From a virus (Duplodnaviria > Heunggongvirae > Uroviricota > Caudoviricetes), in IMG/VR virus record IMGVR_UViG_2648501841_000011, positions 1 through 7,121 of that record: a stretch of 7,121 bases of DNA; one strand, given 5' to 3'. A program made the position numbers and the translations under genes. A model generated the notes under the pieces. It worked only from the letters and a program-made list of their open reading frames with translations. It was not told where the DNA came from and ran no database searches. This document shows, piece by piece, positions 6,421 through 7,121 of the stretch (positions within the stretch are counted from its first letter, which is position 1; every line of letters begins with the position of its first letter).

Positions 6421-6421
6421 A

Positions 6422-6700
6422 ATGTTACCCGTGTTATGGCTTGAAAGCGCAGATACCGACCTAGATGATATAACTAGTTATATTGCTCGTTTCGACATAG
6501 ATGCGGCTGAACGCTTATGACAGCGATTAAGGGGTTGTGTGCTGCCGTTATCCGAACATCCGTATTTATACCCACCAAGCGACAGAGTACCTGGCTTGCG
6601 TGAGATTGTAGCCCACCCTAACTATATAATTCTATACCGCGTAACAACATCAAGCGTTGAAGTAGTAAACGTGATCCACGCAAGACGCCAGTTTCCCTAA
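6422..6700 (+). pseudogene. parE2: parE2 (ParE/RelE-superfamily toxin) interrupted by an in-frame TGA at codon 33 (6518-6520)
   Basis: ATG 6422; N-terminal 32 codons MLPVLWLESADTDLDDITSYIARFDIDAAERL, then TGA; the same frame continues without a stop as QRLRGCVLPLSEHPYLYPPSDRVPGLREIVAHPNYIILYRVTTSSVEVVNVIHARRQFP to TAA at 6698-6700. Both halves have ParE-like character; 279 nt in total would give a 92-aa toxin if the TGA were a sense codon (TGG is one transition away). Confidence 0.7.
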
Positions 6701-6718
6701 CTTTCACTACCAATAGAA

Positions 6719-6765
6719 ACATAACAACCGCAACGACTTTATCAAAAGCGTTGTGTTTGTTATGT
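6719..6765. other. long inverted repeat / hairpin downstream of parE2 (ACATAACAA ... TTGTTATGT arms with nested CAACG/CGTTG)
   Basis: Perfect 9-bp arms at 6719-6727 and 6757-6765 with an internal sub-palindrome; begins about 19 nt after the parE2 stop; no clear U-tract, so terminator function is uncertain. Confidence 0.4.
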
Positions 6766-6771
6766 CCCGCG

Positions 6772-6812
6772 GTTTAGTTTTTACTTGACTTAAGTTTAAT
6801 GTTTATTAAACT
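6772..6812 (+). promoter_or_regulatory. putative rightward (PL-like) promoter with a fourth operator-like motif: GTTTAGTTTTT (6772-6782), -35 TTGACT (6784-6789), -10-like TAAACT about 16-17 nt downstream
   Basis: One-mismatch copy of the intergenic operator motif immediately upstream of, and overlapping, a sigma70-like hexamer pair on the plus strand. Confidence 0.35.
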
Positions 6813-7121
6813 AAAAATACCAACCCACCCCGCCCCACAGAACGCAGGGAAATACTTCGAGTTACCCGGCAGTGGTCAGGGGTTAAGTAGCCAGCCCGAG
6901 GCGTATGAACATGACGGCAGGGTTCAACTTTAATAACTATGCAGCAGGTTTTTGTTCCGCTACCCCGGCGTTAAGGGGAAACAGAGGGTTTCTCAGTGGG
7001 CGAAGTCAAACATCAGAATGGAAGGCATCCCGGGATCGGCAAAGAAGCAGCAATGGCGCTTTATATTGACATCAGCGCCATTGCAGGACAGGTAAGAGTT
7101 ATCAGAGCGGTAACTAAGCGG

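Noticed and set aside
6175-6421. Upstream starts proposed by the ORF track for paaA2 (ATG 6175) and parE2 (TTG 6326)
   Set aside because: Both extensions lie inside the preceding gene in another frame; the internal ATGs at 6229 and 6422 have proper spacing to the upstream stops and give the compact antitoxin and toxin lengths expected for this family.
6518-6520. TGA in parE2 read as selenocysteine or programmed readthrough
   Set aside because: No SECIS-like stem-loop follows immediately and the family is not known to use recoding; a nonsense mutation or sequencing error is more economical.
6840-6960. tRNA or tmRNA-like element (GGTTCAA and AGTGGTCAG strings) that could mark an attachment site
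   Set aside because: No acceptor stem or cloverleaf could be assembled by eye around these short matches; the T-loop-like match is imperfect.
6907-7077. 56-codon plus-strand ORF (MNMTAGFNFNNYAAG...)
   Set aside because: Below the size threshold, no ribosome-binding site and no recognisable motif; more likely leader sequence of the rightward transcript.

Overview
This 7.1-kb window reads as the immunity and replication segment of an enterobacterial (E. coli-type) lambdoid cryptic prophage of the Rac / CP-933P kind, with an unrelated accessory block on its left. All calls rest on reading the translations and motifs by eye; no search was run. Left to right: (1) a complete hok/mok/sok-type type I toxin locus on the minus strand (1-~440); (2) a visibly AT-rich island carrying one plus-strand gene for a PF00756-like esterase with a GHSLG nucleophile elbow (838-1611); (3) a minus-strand phage early operon of a Cro-like YdaS-family regulator, a YdaT-like protein, a winged-helix replication initiator with iteron-like repeats inside its own coding sequence, a DnaC-like helicase loader, and two further phage proteins (1963-5739); (4) a divergent plus-strand operon that I recognise as the three-component toxin-antitoxin system paaR2-paaA2-parE2, where the PaaR2-like HTH protein sits in the CI position (5837-6700); (5) about 420 bp of non-coding DNA with a long hairpin and a promoter-like element (6701-7121). 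The most notable observations are: the parE2 toxin frame is broken by an in-frame TGA at codon 33 while regulator and antitoxin are intact; the gene downstream of the dnaC-like gene is split by a frameshift exactly at an A7 homopolymer and also contains a 96-bp tandem duplication interrupted by a 10-N assembly gap; and a GTTTAGTG(T/A)TT operator-like motif recurs three times between the cro-like and cI-like genes and once more downstream of parE2. I did not find anything I can defend as a wholly undescribed system; the esterase cargo gene and the disabled toxin are the best candidates for follow-up.
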